DNA of 64,000 nucleotides, from contig DCDG01000018.1 in assembly GCA_002316315.1 (NCBI GenBank), forward strand, positions 56,074 to 120,073, given 5' to 3'. The notes below the pieces were generated by a model, which had not been told where the DNA came from, ran no database searches, and saw only the letters and a list, made by a program, of their open reading frames with translations. Within the stretch, counting starts at the first letter, position 1, and each line of letters begins with the position of its first letter. Source of the DNA: Candidatus Aminicenantes bacterium UBA1061 (lineage in GTDB: Bacteria; Acidobacteriota; Aminicenantia; Aminicenantales; Saccharicenantaceae). The translations under genes and the position numbers were made by a program. Positions 20,693 through 32,376 of the stretch are shown in pieces.

Positions 20693-23600
20693 TTATTTTT
20701 TATTTTTTCTTGAGCTGAGAATAATCTCGCCAGAAAGTCCATAATCCCGAACATTATACTCTGATCCGGTTGGTTGTCCACCCTCAGGTGCCCGTTGAAA
20801 AGATCCAGGCCAGGCCTGGCCGGCAGGCGGATTCAGGTGATGTGGACCCAGAGTATTCTTTAGTGTTCCATAGATGATAACTGAAATCTGATTAAGACCA
20901 GTTTTAAGTTTAGAGCCTAGTAGTAAACAATCATATTGACCAATAATAAAGCCTGCACTCTCACCATTGATCAGAACTTCAGCCAGAGCTCCCTGCCAGT
21001 CTGGCAAACTGAGCGAAAAACCAGAAGCTGCCAGCTCTGTATCTGATAGTTTAAAATTGGTCTGGTATTCGACCCGGTGGCCGTAAAGTGGCAATCCCTG
21101 CTTTTTCCAGGAACCCGGCTCAAGTTTTTTAGCCGGAGAAAGAATAAAGCCTCGGGTGGCTTCCTCTAATGAAAAATCGCCCAGAATATAGATCGGCTCA
21201 AGTTCAGCCAGCAAATCAAATGGTTTGACTATCAGCGTCACTGTATTCAAACCAATTCTGGCCAGCTGGCTTAAGGGGAAAACGGCCATTGATTTATCAA
21301 GCCACCAGCTTCCTTCCTCTGATTTTAGAAGCTGGCCATTAACCTGAACTTTAAAGATCAAAGGACGCTCTACCACCAGTTTTAAAGAGCTTAAATCAAC
21401 TCCAGGCAAAACAGAAAAATGGAATTCAGCCCTGAAGCCAGAGTCGGGCGGAAAATGATTTCGGACAATCAGGCTATCCTGAAACTGAACAGCTGAATCC
21501 CAGGGATTACGGTCAAATCCATGGAAATTAAAGACCCTCTTCTGAGCTTCATAAAAATAAAGACTTTTCTCCATTCGGCCAGGCAGAATTAAATCACAAT
21601 AATCAATGGTTAAAACATTGGGATCAAGCCTCCTGATTAATTCGGGCTTGAGCTTTATATTATTTTGAGTTTTTTCTTCGTCCTTATTGTTAGCCTGAAT
21701 TGCCGCTACACCCGGTACTTTTCTATTATAAACAGCTAAAAGCAGACTTTCCCCGGGCTTAAGGTTAAACTTAAATCTCATCTGACTCCCCTTTCTTTCT
21801 CCCGGGAAATAACCGGTTTGTCCGCTCATTAAGTCCCACTTTTCGAGGCTCCGGCCTTTAAGCTTGATTTCACCCGAAGCAGATTTTTCAGGGCTTATAT
21901 TGGCCAGAAACAAAATCTGTCCGTCTTTATATTGACGTCGCTGGTGAAAAAGCATATCTTCGTCTCTCAATTGACTGAATTCAATCCCGGGATTAACCCT
22001 GCTTGAAAAGATGGCCGCCAGATTGTCGCTGGAAAGTGAGTGCGACTCAAGTTGTTCAAAATCACCCAGATCTCTAAATTCATCTCCAAGAGAAGAGGGT
22101 TTTCCTCCCTCCAACAGCTCATTTTTTCCCCAGGAGATAACTCTCCCGCCGCCTTTGAGGAAGTCTTGAAGCAATTTAGCGGTGGCAGGTTCGAGATTCT
22201 CTATCCCGGGTGGAAGCACCACCAGGTCATAAGCTCTTTGACCAACCCTGAGTTTCTTTCCTTCAAACTGTCCGTAGCCTTTTAAAACAAATTCGCTCCC
22301 GAGGTCATACTCAATCTGTTTTCTTTCCAGGCAGTGGACGAAGTTCTGAAAATCAGCGGCAATTTTTTCAAATGTTTCATTTTTTTCAGCCGGCGAATAA
22401 TACATCCAGGCCGAGGTGGTTGGCTCTATGACCAGAATCCGGTTCACCTGTTGACCACGGCTCAGGACCAGTGATAGACGGCCGAAATAATCATTCATCA
22501 GCCGATAGGCTGGCCACCACGGCTCGTGATACGAAAAAGATAGCGGATGATCTCTTTTCCTGGCCCCGGCGATAGTCACGTAAGATAGATGCTGGTTAAG
22601 AAAATTAACGCCAAGAGCATATTCCCAGTCGCCTATTCTTTTCTGGTCAAAAAAAGTCAGGTCCCAGCCGCTGGCGCCATAAGTCTCGGACAGTGTCCGC
22701 TGCCGCCCGAGCTGATTGGCTAAGCTTCCAAGTTCTTTAACTGCTCGCGAGTTGCCGAATTGAGCCTGCGGAGAGGTTGACCAATTATTCATCAGGATAT
22801 CTATACCTGGCTGATGAGCATAAGCATTGAGAGCCAGGCTATCAGGATTATTTCTTGGCACGGGCCAGTCATGTTCCCAGTAATGGCCGGTCAGTTGAAG
22901 ATTATGCTGGGAACAATACTCATAATATGGCCTGGCCCAGTTTTCTATAAAAAGCTCAAGACAGGTGAGATAAAAATCACGCCTTACCCGGCGAAAATCG
23001 CCTTTTTCTACCAGGAGCAGGGGCAATTCTGTTTTTAGATCATAGCCACGACGCTCAAGAAATGCGGTCATGATGGCTGGAGTATAATTAACTGCCCAGG
23101 AGCCACCAGCCGGACCAATTTCGGCTTCATCCTCAAATGAGCCGGGAATTGTCTGGCCAAACTCCTCCCCGCACACTCTCTTATAGGCGTCATGAGTTAA
23201 ATGAAGAAAAGCCTCAGTTACCCCGGGTTGCATTAAATCAACATAAGTAAAACCCCCATACCAGGGTGAGGGCTTATCTTTGACCACCTCAAATAGCCAG
23301 TAATGCCCTTCTGGCCAGCCCGTCTCGCCTGCCCTGACTCTATCTGTTATATCAAGAAAACCCTGACCATCTTCCTGGAGCAGGCAGATCGGTTCAGCCG
23401 CCTGTTTTAAATCAGGCAGGCTCTGTCTGGTGGCTCTAAGTCCAGAACGAACAACCTCTGGCAATGCCGCCGGGACCAGGCCTCCGGCAAAGCCAGAAGG
23501 ATAAGAATTTTCATCATAAATCCAGATCTTAAGTCCAAGTTCGCGACCAGTTTTGACCGCCTCTTTAAAAAGCAATAACCATTCTTCCGAAAGATAAGGA

Positions 23601-23911
23601 GTAATCAAACCCGGACGGGGGTGAACAAAGGCCCCGCCAAAACCCCTGTCTTTAAAATCAATCAGCTGTTCCTTGATAACTTCCACTGTCATCATGTCGT
23701 TCCAGACCCAGAGAGGAGCTGGCCTGTAATCGACCGGGGGACTGATCAGTTCATCTCTGGTTGAAAATATAGTATCATTGATGGATTTTTGCCATTCACA
23801 GGAAGCAAAGATAAGTGGGAAGGCCAGCACGAATAAAAAGGCAAACCATTTTATTGAACTATGCTTAGGATGACTCCTCAGGTAATTTTTTGTCATTGGT
23901 CTTCTCCTCAA
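20693..23911 (-). CDS. Large secreted lipoprotein, glycoside-hydrolase-like (possibly the GH106-type rhamnosidase family)
   Basis: 1072 aa. Has a lipobox (FASC). The N-terminal region (PLWVWNDMM...GFGGAFVHPRPGL) resembles a TIM-barrel glycoside hydrolase. The family assignment is tentative. Confidence 0.4.
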   Translation of the reverse strand: MRRRPMTKNYLRSHPKHSSIKWFAFLFVLAFPLIFASCEWQKSINDTIFSTRDELISPPVDYRPAPLWVWNDMMTVEVIKEQLIDFKDRGFGGAFVHPRPGLITPYLSEEWLLLFKEAVKTGRELGLKIWIYDENSYPSGFAGGLVPAALPEVVRSGLRATRQSLPDLKQAAEPICLLQEDGQGFLDITDRVRAGETGWPEGHYWLFEVVKDKPSPWYGGFTYVDLMQPGVTEAFLHLTHDAYKRVCGEEFGQTIPGSFEDEAEIGPAGGSWAVNYTPAIMTAFLERRGYDLKTELPLLLVEKGDFRRVRRDFYLTCLELFIENWARPYYEYCSQHNLQLTGHYWEHDWPVPRNNPDSLALNAYAHQPGIDILMNNWSTSPQAQFGNSRAVKELGSLANQLGRQRTLSETYGASGWDLTFFDQKRIGDWEYALGVNFLNQHLSYVTIAGARKRDHPLSFSYHEPWWPAYRLMNDYFGRLSLVLSRGQQVNRILVIEPTTSAWMYYSPAEKNETFEKIAADFQNFVHCLERKQIEYDLGSEFVLKGYGQFEGKKLRVGQRAYDLVVLPPGIENLEPATAKLLQDFLKGGGRVISWGKNELLEGGKPSSLGDEFRDLGDFEQLESHSLSSDNLAAIFSSRVNPGIEFSQLRDEDMLFHQRRQYKDGQILFLANISPEKSASGEIKLKGRSLEKWDLMSGQTGYFPGERKGSQMRFKFNLKPGESLLLAVYNRKVPGVAAIQANNKDEEKTQNNIKLKPELIRRLDPNVLTIDYCDLILPGRMEKSLYFYEAQKRVFNFHGFDRNPWDSAVQFQDSLIVRNHFPPDSGFRAEFHFSVLPGVDLSSLKLVVERPLIFKVQVNGQLLKSEEGSWWLDKSMAVFPLSQLARIGLNTVTLIVKPFDLLAELEPIYILGDFSLEEATRGFILSPAKKLEPGSWKKQGLPLYGHRVEYQTNFKLSDTELAASGFSLSLPDWQGALAEVLINGESAGFIIGQYDCLLLGSKLKTGLNQISVIIYGTLKNTLGPHHLNPPAGQAWPGSFQRAPEGGQPTGSEYNVRDYGLSGEIILSSRKNKK

Positions 23912-24105
23912 AGACTCATTAAGCTCAATTTATAAAACCGCCTTCGACCTTGTCAATCGGGTTTTATCTGGTGAGTATCAGGTTAGCTCTGCCTGGCCAT
24001 CACAGTAAACAGGCTTTAATCATTAGAAAAAGGCAGTTCGTCCTTGACTTTTTTGTTCGGTTAGAATTTATAATTTTTATAATGATATAAAAAAGGAGAT
24101 AAACC

Positions 24106-26241
24106 ATGCCGGTAAAAAAAACTATTACAAAAACAAGCGCCTGGTCAGTCAGTCTGGCCTGGTTGTGGCTTGCTCTTATTTTAATCCTGCCTGGCTTCTT
24201 AGCTGCACAGGAAGAATCCAATCCGCTTCTTTCTGAATTCAAGACACCATTTGGCACACCTCCTTTTGACCTGATTAAGAACGAGCATTTCCTTCCAGCG
24301 ATAAAGAAAGGCATAGAAGCCCAGCAGACTGAAATCGAAGCTATTGTTAATAATCCTCAGCCACCAACCTTTGAAAATACTATTCTGGCCTTCGACCGGA
24401 CAGGCAAACTGCTCAGCCAGGTGATGTCCATCTTTGGGACTCTTCAGGGAGCCAATACTTCACCTGAGCTTCAGAAAATAGCCCTCGAGGCTACTCCATT
24501 GACCACCCAGCATCGTTCAAGTATTTATCTCAACGATCGCCTTTTTGCACGCATTAAAAGCGTTTATGACCGCCGAAACCAATTAAAACTCGGACAAGAA
24601 GAGAAATTTCTATTGGAAAAAATCTATCAGGATTTTGTCCGGGCTGGAGCACTTCTCCAGCCAGAAGCCAAGAATAGGCTGCGTGATATTGATCGCGAGC
24701 TTTCTCTCCTGTCCTTAAGATTTGGCAATAACCTTCTTCAGGAAACCAATAGCTTTAAGCTGGTTATTGAGAATCCAAAGCATTTAGCCGGGCTGCCGCC
24801 GGAGGTTATAGCCAGTGCAGCCGAAACAGCTAAAAAAGCTGGTTTAGATGGCAAATGGGTATTTACCACACATGTTCCCAGTATGACGCCATTTCTTCAG
24901 TATGCCCAGAACCGAGAGTTGCGGAAGAGATTGTATGAAGCTTATCTCAGCCGTGGAGACAGATACAATGAATATGACAATAAAGAAATTATCAAGAAAA
25001 TAATTGACTTCAGGACGGAAAGAGCCAATTTACTCAGCTTCCCAACCTACTCTCACTATGGAATTGATGTCAACATGGCTAAAACGCCGGAAAGAGTGGA
25101 ATCCTATCTTATGGATCTCTGGAAGTATGCCATCGAGCGAGCTAAAGCCGAGCAGGCCGAAATGCAGCAGATAGCCGATGAAGAAGGTGCCGGCATAAAA
25201 ATTGCGGGCTGGGACTGGTGGTATTATGCCGAGAAACTGCGCAAGAAAAAATATAATCTGGAAGACAATGAAATCCGGCCTTATTTCTCAATCGATAACG
25301 TCGTGAATGGAATTTTCACCCTGGCCGGCAAACTCTATGGTCTGAAATTTGAGAGAAGAAGCGATATCTCTGCCTATCATCCAGAAGCGATGGTCTTTGA
25401 AGTCAAAGAAAAAAATGGCCAGCATCTGGGAATTCTTTATTTTGATTTCTTCCCGCGGACATCTAAGAGAAGCGGTGCCTGGACAGGCGGGCTGCGCCGT
25501 CAAAGCTATGAAAATGGCAAGCGGGTGGCGCCTCTGGTCACCATTACCTGCAATTTCACCAGGCCGACAGGAGATGTGCCTGCACTTCTCTCACTGGATG
25601 AGGTCGAGACCTGCTTTCATGAATTTGGACACGCCCTGGCTTCGCTTCTTTCCATGGGTAAATACAATAATCGCTTTGTCCCCAGAGATGGAGTTGAGCT
25701 TCCCTCTCAGATAATGGAAAATTGGGCTTTTGAATCCGAGTTGCTTAAGCTTTATGCTAAACATTATGCTACCGGCGAAATTATCCCTGATGAGTTAATC
25801 AGGAAAATCAACAACAGCTCACTCTTTAACCAGGGTTTTGCTTCAACTGAGCTATTAGCCGCTTCTCTCCTCGATCTCTACTGGCATAAAACAATTTTTA
25901 AAGAAGATTATGAAGTCAATGATTTTGAACGCCAGGTGCTGAATAAAATCGGGCTAATTGAGGCCATTGCTCCCCGTTATCGGAGCACCTATTTTCAGCA
26001 TATTTTTTCTGGTGGCTATGCTGCCGGCTATTATGTCTATATCTGGGCAGAAATGCTGGACAGCGATGCTTTTGAAGCCTTCAAAGAACGCGGCCTGGTC
26101 GACCAGAAAACAGCTCTTAAATTCAGGCAGGAAATTCTGGAAAAGTACGGGACGGCTGATTTTCTGCAGCAGTATATCAAATTCCGCGGTCGGGAAGCCA
26201 GAATTGAGCCATTACTGAGAAAACGCGGTTTTATTCAATAA
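24106..26241 (+). CDS. M3 family metallopeptidase (peptidyl-dipeptidase Dcp / oligopeptidase A-like), secreted
   Basis: 711 aa with a signal peptide. Contains the HEFGHALASLLS HExxH zinc motif. Confidence 0.8.
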   Translation: MPVKKTITKTSAWSVSLAWLWLALILILPGFLAAQEESNPLLSEFKTPFGTPPFDLIKNEHFLPAIKKGIEAQQTEIEAIVNNPQPPTFENTILAFDRTGKLLSQVMSIFGTLQGANTSPELQKIALEATPLTTQHRSSIYLNDRLFARIKSVYDRRNQLKLGQEEKFLLEKIYQDFVRAGALLQPEAKNRLRDIDRELSLLSLRFGNNLLQETNSFKLVIENPKHLAGLPPEVIASAAETAKKAGLDGKWVFTTHVPSMTPFLQYAQNRELRKRLYEAYLSRGDRYNEYDNKEIIKKIIDFRTERANLLSFPTYSHYGIDVNMAKTPERVESYLMDLWKYAIERAKAEQAEMQQIADEEGAGIKIAGWDWWYYAEKLRKKKYNLEDNEIRPYFSIDNVVNGIFTLAGKLYGLKFERRSDISAYHPEAMVFEVKEKNGQHLGILYFDFFPRTSKRSGAWTGGLRRQSYENGKRVAPLVTITCNFTRPTGDVPALLSLDEVETCFHEFGHALASLLSMGKYNNRFVPRDGVELPSQIMENWAFESELLKLYAKHYATGEIIPDELIRKINNSSLFNQGFASTELLAASLLDLYWHKTIFKEDYEVNDFERQVLNKIGLIEAIAPRYRSTYFQHIFSGGYAAGYYVYIWAEMLDSDAFEAFKERGLVDQKTALKFRQEILEKYGTADFLQQYIKFRGREARIEPLLRKRGFIQ

Positions 26242-26266
26242 GCGTAGCATAAGGACTTAATAATGA

Positions 26267-26362
<96 letters not shown>

Positions 26363-26684
26363 AAAATGAGGCAGCGATATTTTAGCATTTTTTCGCTTTA
26401 AAAAAAACTGAATAAATATGGTTTCAGCTAAAGATGCTGGTTAATTCAGGCGGTCCTGTCTATTTCATAATAACCTAATTTACCATTATTCGTTGCTGCT
26501 GCCGATGGTCACGACAAAATGGTTATAATCACGGCGATTATCTCCCCTGTGGAGTTGGATATGTTAAGATTCCAATCACTTAAACAAGTTGACCATTGAA
26601 CTGACTGTTAAGTAAAATATTAATCTTGCTATCTAAGGTTTTGCTCTTAATAGATTTCCATATTTTAATTTGTGGGAGAAATAA

Positions 26685-27146
26685 ATGTCAGAAAAAAAAG
26701 ACCGAGCCAGAGAGCTTTTTGATGAAGGATTCAGTTGCTCACAAGCCGTCTTTACACCCTATGCTGTTGAGCAGGGAATCCTGGAAGAAAAAGCACTCAA
26801 GATGTCTCAAGTTCTGGGCGGAGGAATGTCGCATCAGGGCCTGACCTGCGGTGCGGTGACGGGCGCCTTGCTGGTCATTAGCCTACATTTTGGCCGTAGC
26901 CAGGCTGAAGATACCGCCGCCAAGAATCTGACCTATTCCCTCGCTCAGGAATTCTGCCAGCGGTTCTTCGAACTTTATGAGTCAATTAATTGTTCTGATC
27001 TTATTGGCTGTAGCCTGAAAACACCTCAAGGCCGGGAGCTGGCTTCTGAACATGACCTGTTTGATAAATACTGCACCGGTTTTATAGAAGATGCTTGCCG
27101 CCTGCTCGAAGAAATAATAGAAGAAGGATATAAAAAGAGATCATAG
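26685..27146 (+). CDS. C_GCAxxG_C_C family protein
   Basis: 153 aa. Contains the diagnostic motif LTCGAVTGA plus conserved flanking Cys residues. Confidence 0.75.
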   Translation: MSEKKDRARELFDEGFSCSQAVFTPYAVEQGILEEKALKMSQVLGGGMSHQGLTCGAVTGALLVISLHFGRSQAEDTAAKNLTYSLAQEFCQRFFELYESINCSDLIGCSLKTPQGRELASEHDLFDKYCTGFIEDACRLLEEIIEEGYKKRS

Positions 27147-27272
27147 GCCAATCTTTCCGGTTGAAATCAGATAACGTTTGACTTCTGCTGAGGTATGATC
27201 TTCTTTTAAAATATTTTTATAATATTCCATGATTGAATCTTTTGAAAAATATGAATCAAAGAGGAGGAAAGA

Positions 27273-28211
27273 ATGATTAAAAAGCTGAGACTAATTACGA
27301 GGATTGGTTTTTTAAGCTTTCTCTTAGTTCTATGTCTGGTAACTTCAGTTCAGGCTCAAGGGAAAACTACCTCTTCAGCCAAAAAACCGCTAAAAGTCTT
27401 TATCTCAGTCGACATGGAAGGTATCTGGGGTGTGGTCCATGGTAATCAGTGTTCGGCTGACTCTCCCGAATACCAGCTGGCCAGAAAATGGATGGTAGAA
27501 GATACCAATGCCATCATTTCTGGACTATTTGAAGGCGGAGCTACTGAGGTTGTGGTCAATGATTCCCATGGGAGCATGAGGAATATTATCGCCAGCGAGC
27601 TTGATCGCAGGGCCGAGCTTATTTCCGGCTCGCCCAAGCCCCTCTCTATGATGGAAGGAATTGATTCCAGTTTCCAGGCCTGTATCTTTGCCGGCTATCA
27701 TGCCCGGGCAGGCTCGGCTCCGGCTATTCTGGATCACACTATCTCCGGAGCAGTTATTTATTCGATTAAAATCAATGGAATAGAAATGCCCGAGCTTGGG
27801 ATCAATGGGGCCATCGCTGGTCACTATGGTGTGCCGGTGGTCATGCTGACTGGAGATATCGAAACTTGCCGCCAGGCGAGGGAAATTCTTGGTAATGATC
27901 TGGTGACCGTGTCAGTCAAAGAAGCCACCGGACGTTTCGCCGCCAGAAACTTTCCCAGGGAAAAAGTACTATCCGACCTCAAAGAAGGCGCCAGAAAAAC
28001 CATCTCTTCTACCGACAAATTCAAGCTTTATGAGCTCAAGCCTCCTTACCAGTTTGAAGTCAATTTTCACAACAGCAACCAGGCCGAGGCTGGCCTATTA
28101 GTTCCCGGAGTAAAAAGAATAGCACCCAGAACGTTATCTTTCACAACACAGGATTACCTGGAAGGCTTCAAGCTCCTGCGGGCTTTGATTTCTTTAGCTT
28201 CAGGCAGTTAA
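27273..28211 (+). CDS. M55 family D-aminopeptidase (DppA-like), secreted
   Basis: 312 aa with a signal peptide. The motif KVFISVDMEGIWGV is typical of DppA/M55 peptidases. Confidence 0.7.
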   Translation: MIKKLRLITRIGFLSFLLVLCLVTSVQAQGKTTSSAKKPLKVFISVDMEGIWGVVHGNQCSADSPEYQLARKWMVEDTNAIISGLFEGGATEVVVNDSHGSMRNIIASELDRRAELISGSPKPLSMMEGIDSSFQACIFAGYHARAGSAPAILDHTISGAVIYSIKINGIEMPELGINGAIAGHYGVPVVMLTGDIETCRQAREILGNDLVTVSVKEATGRFAARNFPREKVLSDLKEGARKTISSTDKFKLYELKPPYQFEVNFHNSNQAEAGLLVPGVKRIAPRTLSFTTQDYLEGFKLLRALISLASGS

Positions 28212-28296
28212 GACTGCTTTGAAATTAAAAGAGTTTTTCTAAAGGAAAACAGCCGGCTCTTTTATTTAATCTGGATTATGGCCGGAATCATAATCT

Positions 28297-28384
28297 GGCG
28301 GAGGGAGAGGGATTCGAACCCCCGTTCCGGAAACCGGAAAGCGGTTTTCAAGACCGCCGCCTTAAACCACTCGGCCATCCCTCC
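28297..28384 (-). tRNA. tRNA-Ser (anticodon UGA)
   Basis: The reverse complement gives GGAGGGATGGCCGAGTGG..., an anticodon loop CT-TGA-AA, a long variable arm and the T-loop GGTTCGAATCC. Confidence 0.85.
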
Positions 28385-28682
28385 GGGAAGAAACATTTTA
28401 ACCCGAGTTATCAGCCATGACAAGTGCCAGGGCGGGTTCTTCTCCTTCGCTGCATCCAGTTACAGTGATAAAAAAGTCTTGGCTGATCAAGACATTGAGG
28501 CTCACTTCAGGCTATATTAATTTACCAGAGCTGGCTTTAATCTCAAAAAAATCACAACCCTCGGGAGAAAATCAGAGTAACCCTTATCAGGGGTGAACAG
28601 AGAACTTGGCCAGATTCATTTACTTTAGAGACATCAGGACTGCCCTGATCTTCAATAAGAATTCAGGTTTGCCCCCAGCCTT

Positions 28683-29966
28683 TCAGCCAGTAATAGCCTC
28701 AAGTCCATCAAGATAGGGACGCAGAGCTTCCGGTATCACCACCGAGCCATCTTTTTGCTGATAATTTTCAAGGATGGCGCTGACTGTCCGGCCGACCGCC
28801 AGCCCGGAGCCATTTAGAGTATGAACAAATTCAGGCCGGACTTTTTGGTCTCTTTTAAACTTAATCTGCGCCCGGCGCGCCTGGAAATCAAAGCAATCGG
28901 AACAGGAGGAAATTTCCATATAACCGTTTCTGGTTGGCATCCAGACTTCCAGGTCATAGGTTTTTCCACTGGCAAAACCCATATCCCCGGTGCAAAGAGC
29001 TACTACCCGATAGGCCAGACCAAGACGTTCTAAAACTTCTCCGGCACAGGAGGTCATGTACTCCAGCTCTTCAAGTGATTTTTCTGGCAAGGAGAAAATC
29101 ATCATTTCCACTTTATTGAACTGATGCTGTCTGACCAGGCCTCTGATATCTTTCCCATAGGACCCGGCTTCACTCCGGAAACATGGCGTATAAGCCACCA
29201 GGCGTTCTGGAAGCTTTCCACCTTCAAGAATTTCTCCCCGGTAAATGTTGGTCAGCGGCACCTCGGCCGTCGGAATGAGGTACCAGTCAAAGCCCTCGAG
29301 CTTGAAAAGGTCTTCAGCAAATTTTGGCAGATTACCTGTGCCCATTAAACTGGCCTCGTTGGCGATAAAAGGAGGTAAAACCTCTTTAAAGCCCTTCTCT
29401 TTGGTATGAAGGTCAAGCATAAAATTGATCAGGGCTCTTTCCAGCCTAGCTCCCGGTCCAAAATAAAGAGCAAAGCGGGAACCGGTGATTTTAGCCGCCC
29501 GCTCAAAGTCGAGTATCCCGAGATTCGTACCGATATCCCAATGAGGCAGAGGCTCAAAGTCAAAAACCGGTGGCTGGCCAACCACTCTAACCACCACGTT
29601 ATCTTCGGTGGTTTTCCCCACTGGAACAGAGTCATGAGGAATATTAGGCAGGCGGAGCAGTATATATTTGAGTCTTTCCTCAAGTTCTTTTGACTTTTTT
29701 TCGATGGCTGCAATTGTTTCGCCGACCTGCCGCGATTCTTCAATCAGAGCCGACACATCTCCTCCGGCCATCTTCAGTTTTTTGACCTCTTCTGAGATTC
29801 TGTTTCTTTTTTCACGGCCGGCCTGAGCCTCTCTGATCAGGCCTTTAATCTCAGCTGATAGATAATAGGCTTCCTCAACATCAGCTACCGCCTGAGGTTG
29901 CCCCCGGCTGGCCAGTTTCTTTTTAACTTCCTCAAAATTTTCCTGAATCAATTTTAAATCGAGCAT
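28683..29966 (-). CDS. serS: Seryl-tRNA synthetase
   Basis: 427 aa. Has the N-terminal coiled coil ([18 protein letters not shown]) and a class II catalytic core. Confidence 0.85.
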   Translation of the reverse strand: MLDLKLIQENFEEVKKKLASRGQPQAVADVEEAYYLSAEIKGLIREAQAGREKRNRISEEVKKLKMAGGDVSALIEESRQVGETIAAIEKKSKELEERLKYILLRLPNIPHDSVPVGKTTEDNVVVRVVGQPPVFDFEPLPHWDIGTNLGILDFERAAKITGSRFALYFGPGARLERALINFMLDLHTKEKGFKEVLPPFIANEASLMGTGNLPKFAEDLFKLEGFDWYLIPTAEVPLTNIYRGEILEGGKLPERLVAYTPCFRSEAGSYGKDIRGLVRQHQFNKVEMMIFSLPEKSLEELEYMTSCAGEVLERLGLAYRVVALCTGDMGFASGKTYDLEVWMPTRNGYMEISSCSDCFDFQARRAQIKFKRDQKVRPEFVHTLNGSGLAVGRTVSAILENYQQKDGSVVIPEALRPYLDGLEAITG

Positions 29967-30070
29967 GTTTCGATTATAACATAATCACCATGGAGATATT
30001 TAATGGGTAAAATGGACTTCTCAATTCGTCCAGTTGAAGCGGTTAAGAAAACGGATTAAAATTTAACAAC

Positions 30071-31030
30071 ATGAAAAAGTATTTTGTTGGCACAGCTGGC
30101 TGGAGTTATCAAGACTGGGAAGGAATTGTCTATCCAGCAGTTAAGGGACGTGGTTTCCACCCGCTGAGCTATCTGGCCAGCTTGATTGATCTGGTTGAAA
30201 TAAACTCAACTTTTTACCGTCCAGCCTCGGTCTCCTTGGTCTATTCCTGGCTGAGACGAGTTCAGACTTATCCTGATTTTTTATTTACAGTGAAACTCCT
30301 TCAGGTTTTTACCCATCAAAGAGAAAACATCTCAACGAAAGAGGCTGATGACTTTAAGAGAGGCCTTGCTCCGCTGGCCGCCAGTCAGAGACTGGCTGCT
30401 ATTTTGATTCAGTTTCCCTGGTCTTTTATTAATTCTCCGGAAAATCGGGAATATCTGGAGAAGCTGTTTAGGCTTTTTTCAGAATTTCCCTTAGCCCTGG
30501 AAGTGAGGCATTCTTCCTGGGATCGGCCTGAGTTTTATAATTTTCTTAAAGAAAAAAGAGTTGCTTTTTGCAATATTGATCAACCTATCTTCCATCATTC
30601 TATCAAGCCTTCAGCTATCGTGACTGACCCGGATTTCTCGTATGTACGACTTCATGGCCGAAACTATAAAGATTGGTTCAGGGAAGATGCCGGGCGCGAT
30701 GACCGCTATAATTATCTCTATTCAAAAGATGAACTGGAAGACTGGGTCGGTCGGATAAAAAAACTGGCCGAAGGCAGTAATCGCGTCTTTATCATTACCA
30801 ATAATCACTACCGGGGCCAGGCCCTGGCCAACGCTCTCCAGCTAAAAAATATGCTGACCGGCGAAAAATTCAATATACCAGCCGCTATGCTGGAGAAATA
30901 TCCTGTGCTAAGAGAGCTAGCCGAAAACCTGGGAAAAGGCCAGAAGAGTATCTTTGATGACTGGCCGGAAAACCAGACTGAAGGAGGTGATAGACACCAA
31001 GGCAAAATTGGTCCCGGAAATAAAAATTAA
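30071..31030 (+). CDS. DUF72 (UPF0759) family protein
   Basis: The N-terminus YFVGTAGWSYQDWEGIVYP is characteristic of DUF72 proteins. Confidence 0.7.
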   Translation: MKKYFVGTAGWSYQDWEGIVYPAVKGRGFHPLSYLASLIDLVEINSTFYRPASVSLVYSWLRRVQTYPDFLFTVKLLQVFTHQRENISTKEADDFKRGLAPLAASQRLAAILIQFPWSFINSPENREYLEKLFRLFSEFPLALEVRHSSWDRPEFYNFLKEKRVAFCNIDQPIFHHSIKPSAIVTDPDFSYVRLHGRNYKDWFREDAGRDDRYNYLYSKDELEDWVGRIKKLAEGSNRVFIITNNHYRGQALANALQLKNMLTGEKFNIPAAMLEKYPVLRELAENLGKGQKSIFDDWPENQTEGGDRHQGKIGPGNKN

Positions 31031-31119
31031 TATCAAAAATGATAAAAACCGGGATAAAATAAGAGCTTAATTTTAATTCTAATTTTTTAAATTTAATTTT
31101 TTAAAAAAGGAATAATAAA

Positions 31120-32376
31120 ATGAGCTGGTGGGAAGATGAATTCTTACAGGTCAAACAAAACAAACTTTATCTAGGAAATCTTCTGGCTGAACAACTGGCA
31201 AAAAGATACGGCACTCCTCTTTATGTTTACAGCCTGAAAAAGGTTTCCGCCAATTTTAAAAAACTGAGACAGGTTTTTGAGCCGCCTCCACCGGGAATCG
31301 AAGTCAAAATCGCTTACGCCCTGAAAGCTAATTCACATCCAGCCTTTCTAAAGACTCTTTTTAAAGAAGGCGCTTCGATTGATGCCGTTTCTCCAGCGGA
31401 AGTAGAAAAGGCTATCAAGGCCGGTTTCCCTCAAGACAGGATCATATTTACCGGCACTTCTCTCAGTCAGGAAGATTTCGAGCTTATCCTGGCCTATCCA
31501 GCAGTGACGGTAAATATTGATGCTTTTGAGCAGATAGATCTCCTGGAGGCGGCCAGAAAACGTCGGCGGATTAAAAGCCCGGTTAGAGTCTCGGTACGTT
31601 GGAATCCAGGGCTCGGTCGGGGCTTCTCCAGCAAGACCATCACTGCTGGAGAAAGGAGTTCCGATGGAACTCCGATTAAATTCGGGGTTGAAGATTCAAG
31701 GATCCTTGAAACCTTTGAAAAACTCCGTGCTCTAAACCTTCTGCCAGTCGGTCTTCACCAGCACCTTGGCTCTGGCTGGGCTGAAGAAGACTTTCCAATA
31801 GCGGTTAAAGCCGTTGACCGGATGATAAAAAAAGCCAGGGAACTAAAGAGGGCCGATTTTAATTTAGAATTTCTGGATTTTGGTGGTGGCTTCGGGCCTA
31901 AATACCATCCAGACCAAAGGCTTTTTCCGCTGGCAGAATATGCCGCTTATATTATTGATAAGGTGGAAAATTCCAGGCTGGGCTTAAAAGCCATCATCGT
32001 TGAGCCGGGGAAATATCTGGTGGCAGAAGCCGGGGTCTTACTGGTCAGGGTTGAATACCTGAAAAAAAACTATGGCCATCTTTTTGCCTGCGTCAATGCC
32101 GGCACCTATAACACCGTGCCGCGGGCAGTGATCTATGAAGAAGCCTATCATGAAATCGTTAATGCCAGTCAGGTTGATAGCCCCAGGAAAAACAAAATAA
32201 CTGTGGCCGGTCATCTGTGCGAAACAGGCGACGTTTTTGGCGTGGAACGGCTCCTGCCCTGTCCGGAAAGGGGACAAATTCTGGCCGTCTTAATGGCCGG
32301 TGCCTATTGCCGTAGTATGGCTTCCAATTTTAACCTGCGTGATATTCCACAAGAAATTCTGCTGGGCAGCTTGTAA
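31120..32376 (+). CDS. PLP-dependent decarboxylase, fold-type III (diaminopimelate decarboxylase LysA-like)
   Basis: AYALKANS contains the PLP lysine. GGGFG, EPGKYLVAEAG and CETGD motifs are present. 418 aa. Confidence 0.65.
   Translation: MSWWEDEFLQVKQNKLYLGNLLAEQLAKRYGTPLYVYSLKKVSANFKKLRQVFEPPPPGIEVKIAYALKANSHPAFLKTLFKEGASIDAVSPAEVEKAIKAGFPQDRIIFTGTSLSQEDFELILAYPAVTVNIDAFEQIDLLEAARKRRRIKSPVRVSVRWNPGLGRGFSSKTITAGERSSDGTPIKFGVEDSRILETFEKLRALNLLPVGLHQHLGSGWAEEDFPIAVKAVDRMIKKARELKRADFNLEFLDFGGGFGPKYHPDQRLFPLAEYAAYIIDKVENSRLGLKAIIVEPGKYLVAEAGVLLVRVEYLKKNYGHLFACVNAGTYNTVPRAVIYEEAYHEIVNASQVDSPRKNKITVAGHLCETGDVFGVERLLPCPERGQILAVLMAGAYCRSMASNFNLRDIPQEILLGSL

Noticed and set aside
28212-28296. Possible bidirectional terminator (AGCCGGCT palindrome plus T-run) between the dppA-like gene and tRNA-Ser
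   Set aside because: The stem is only 4 bp with no loop. It is too weak to call.
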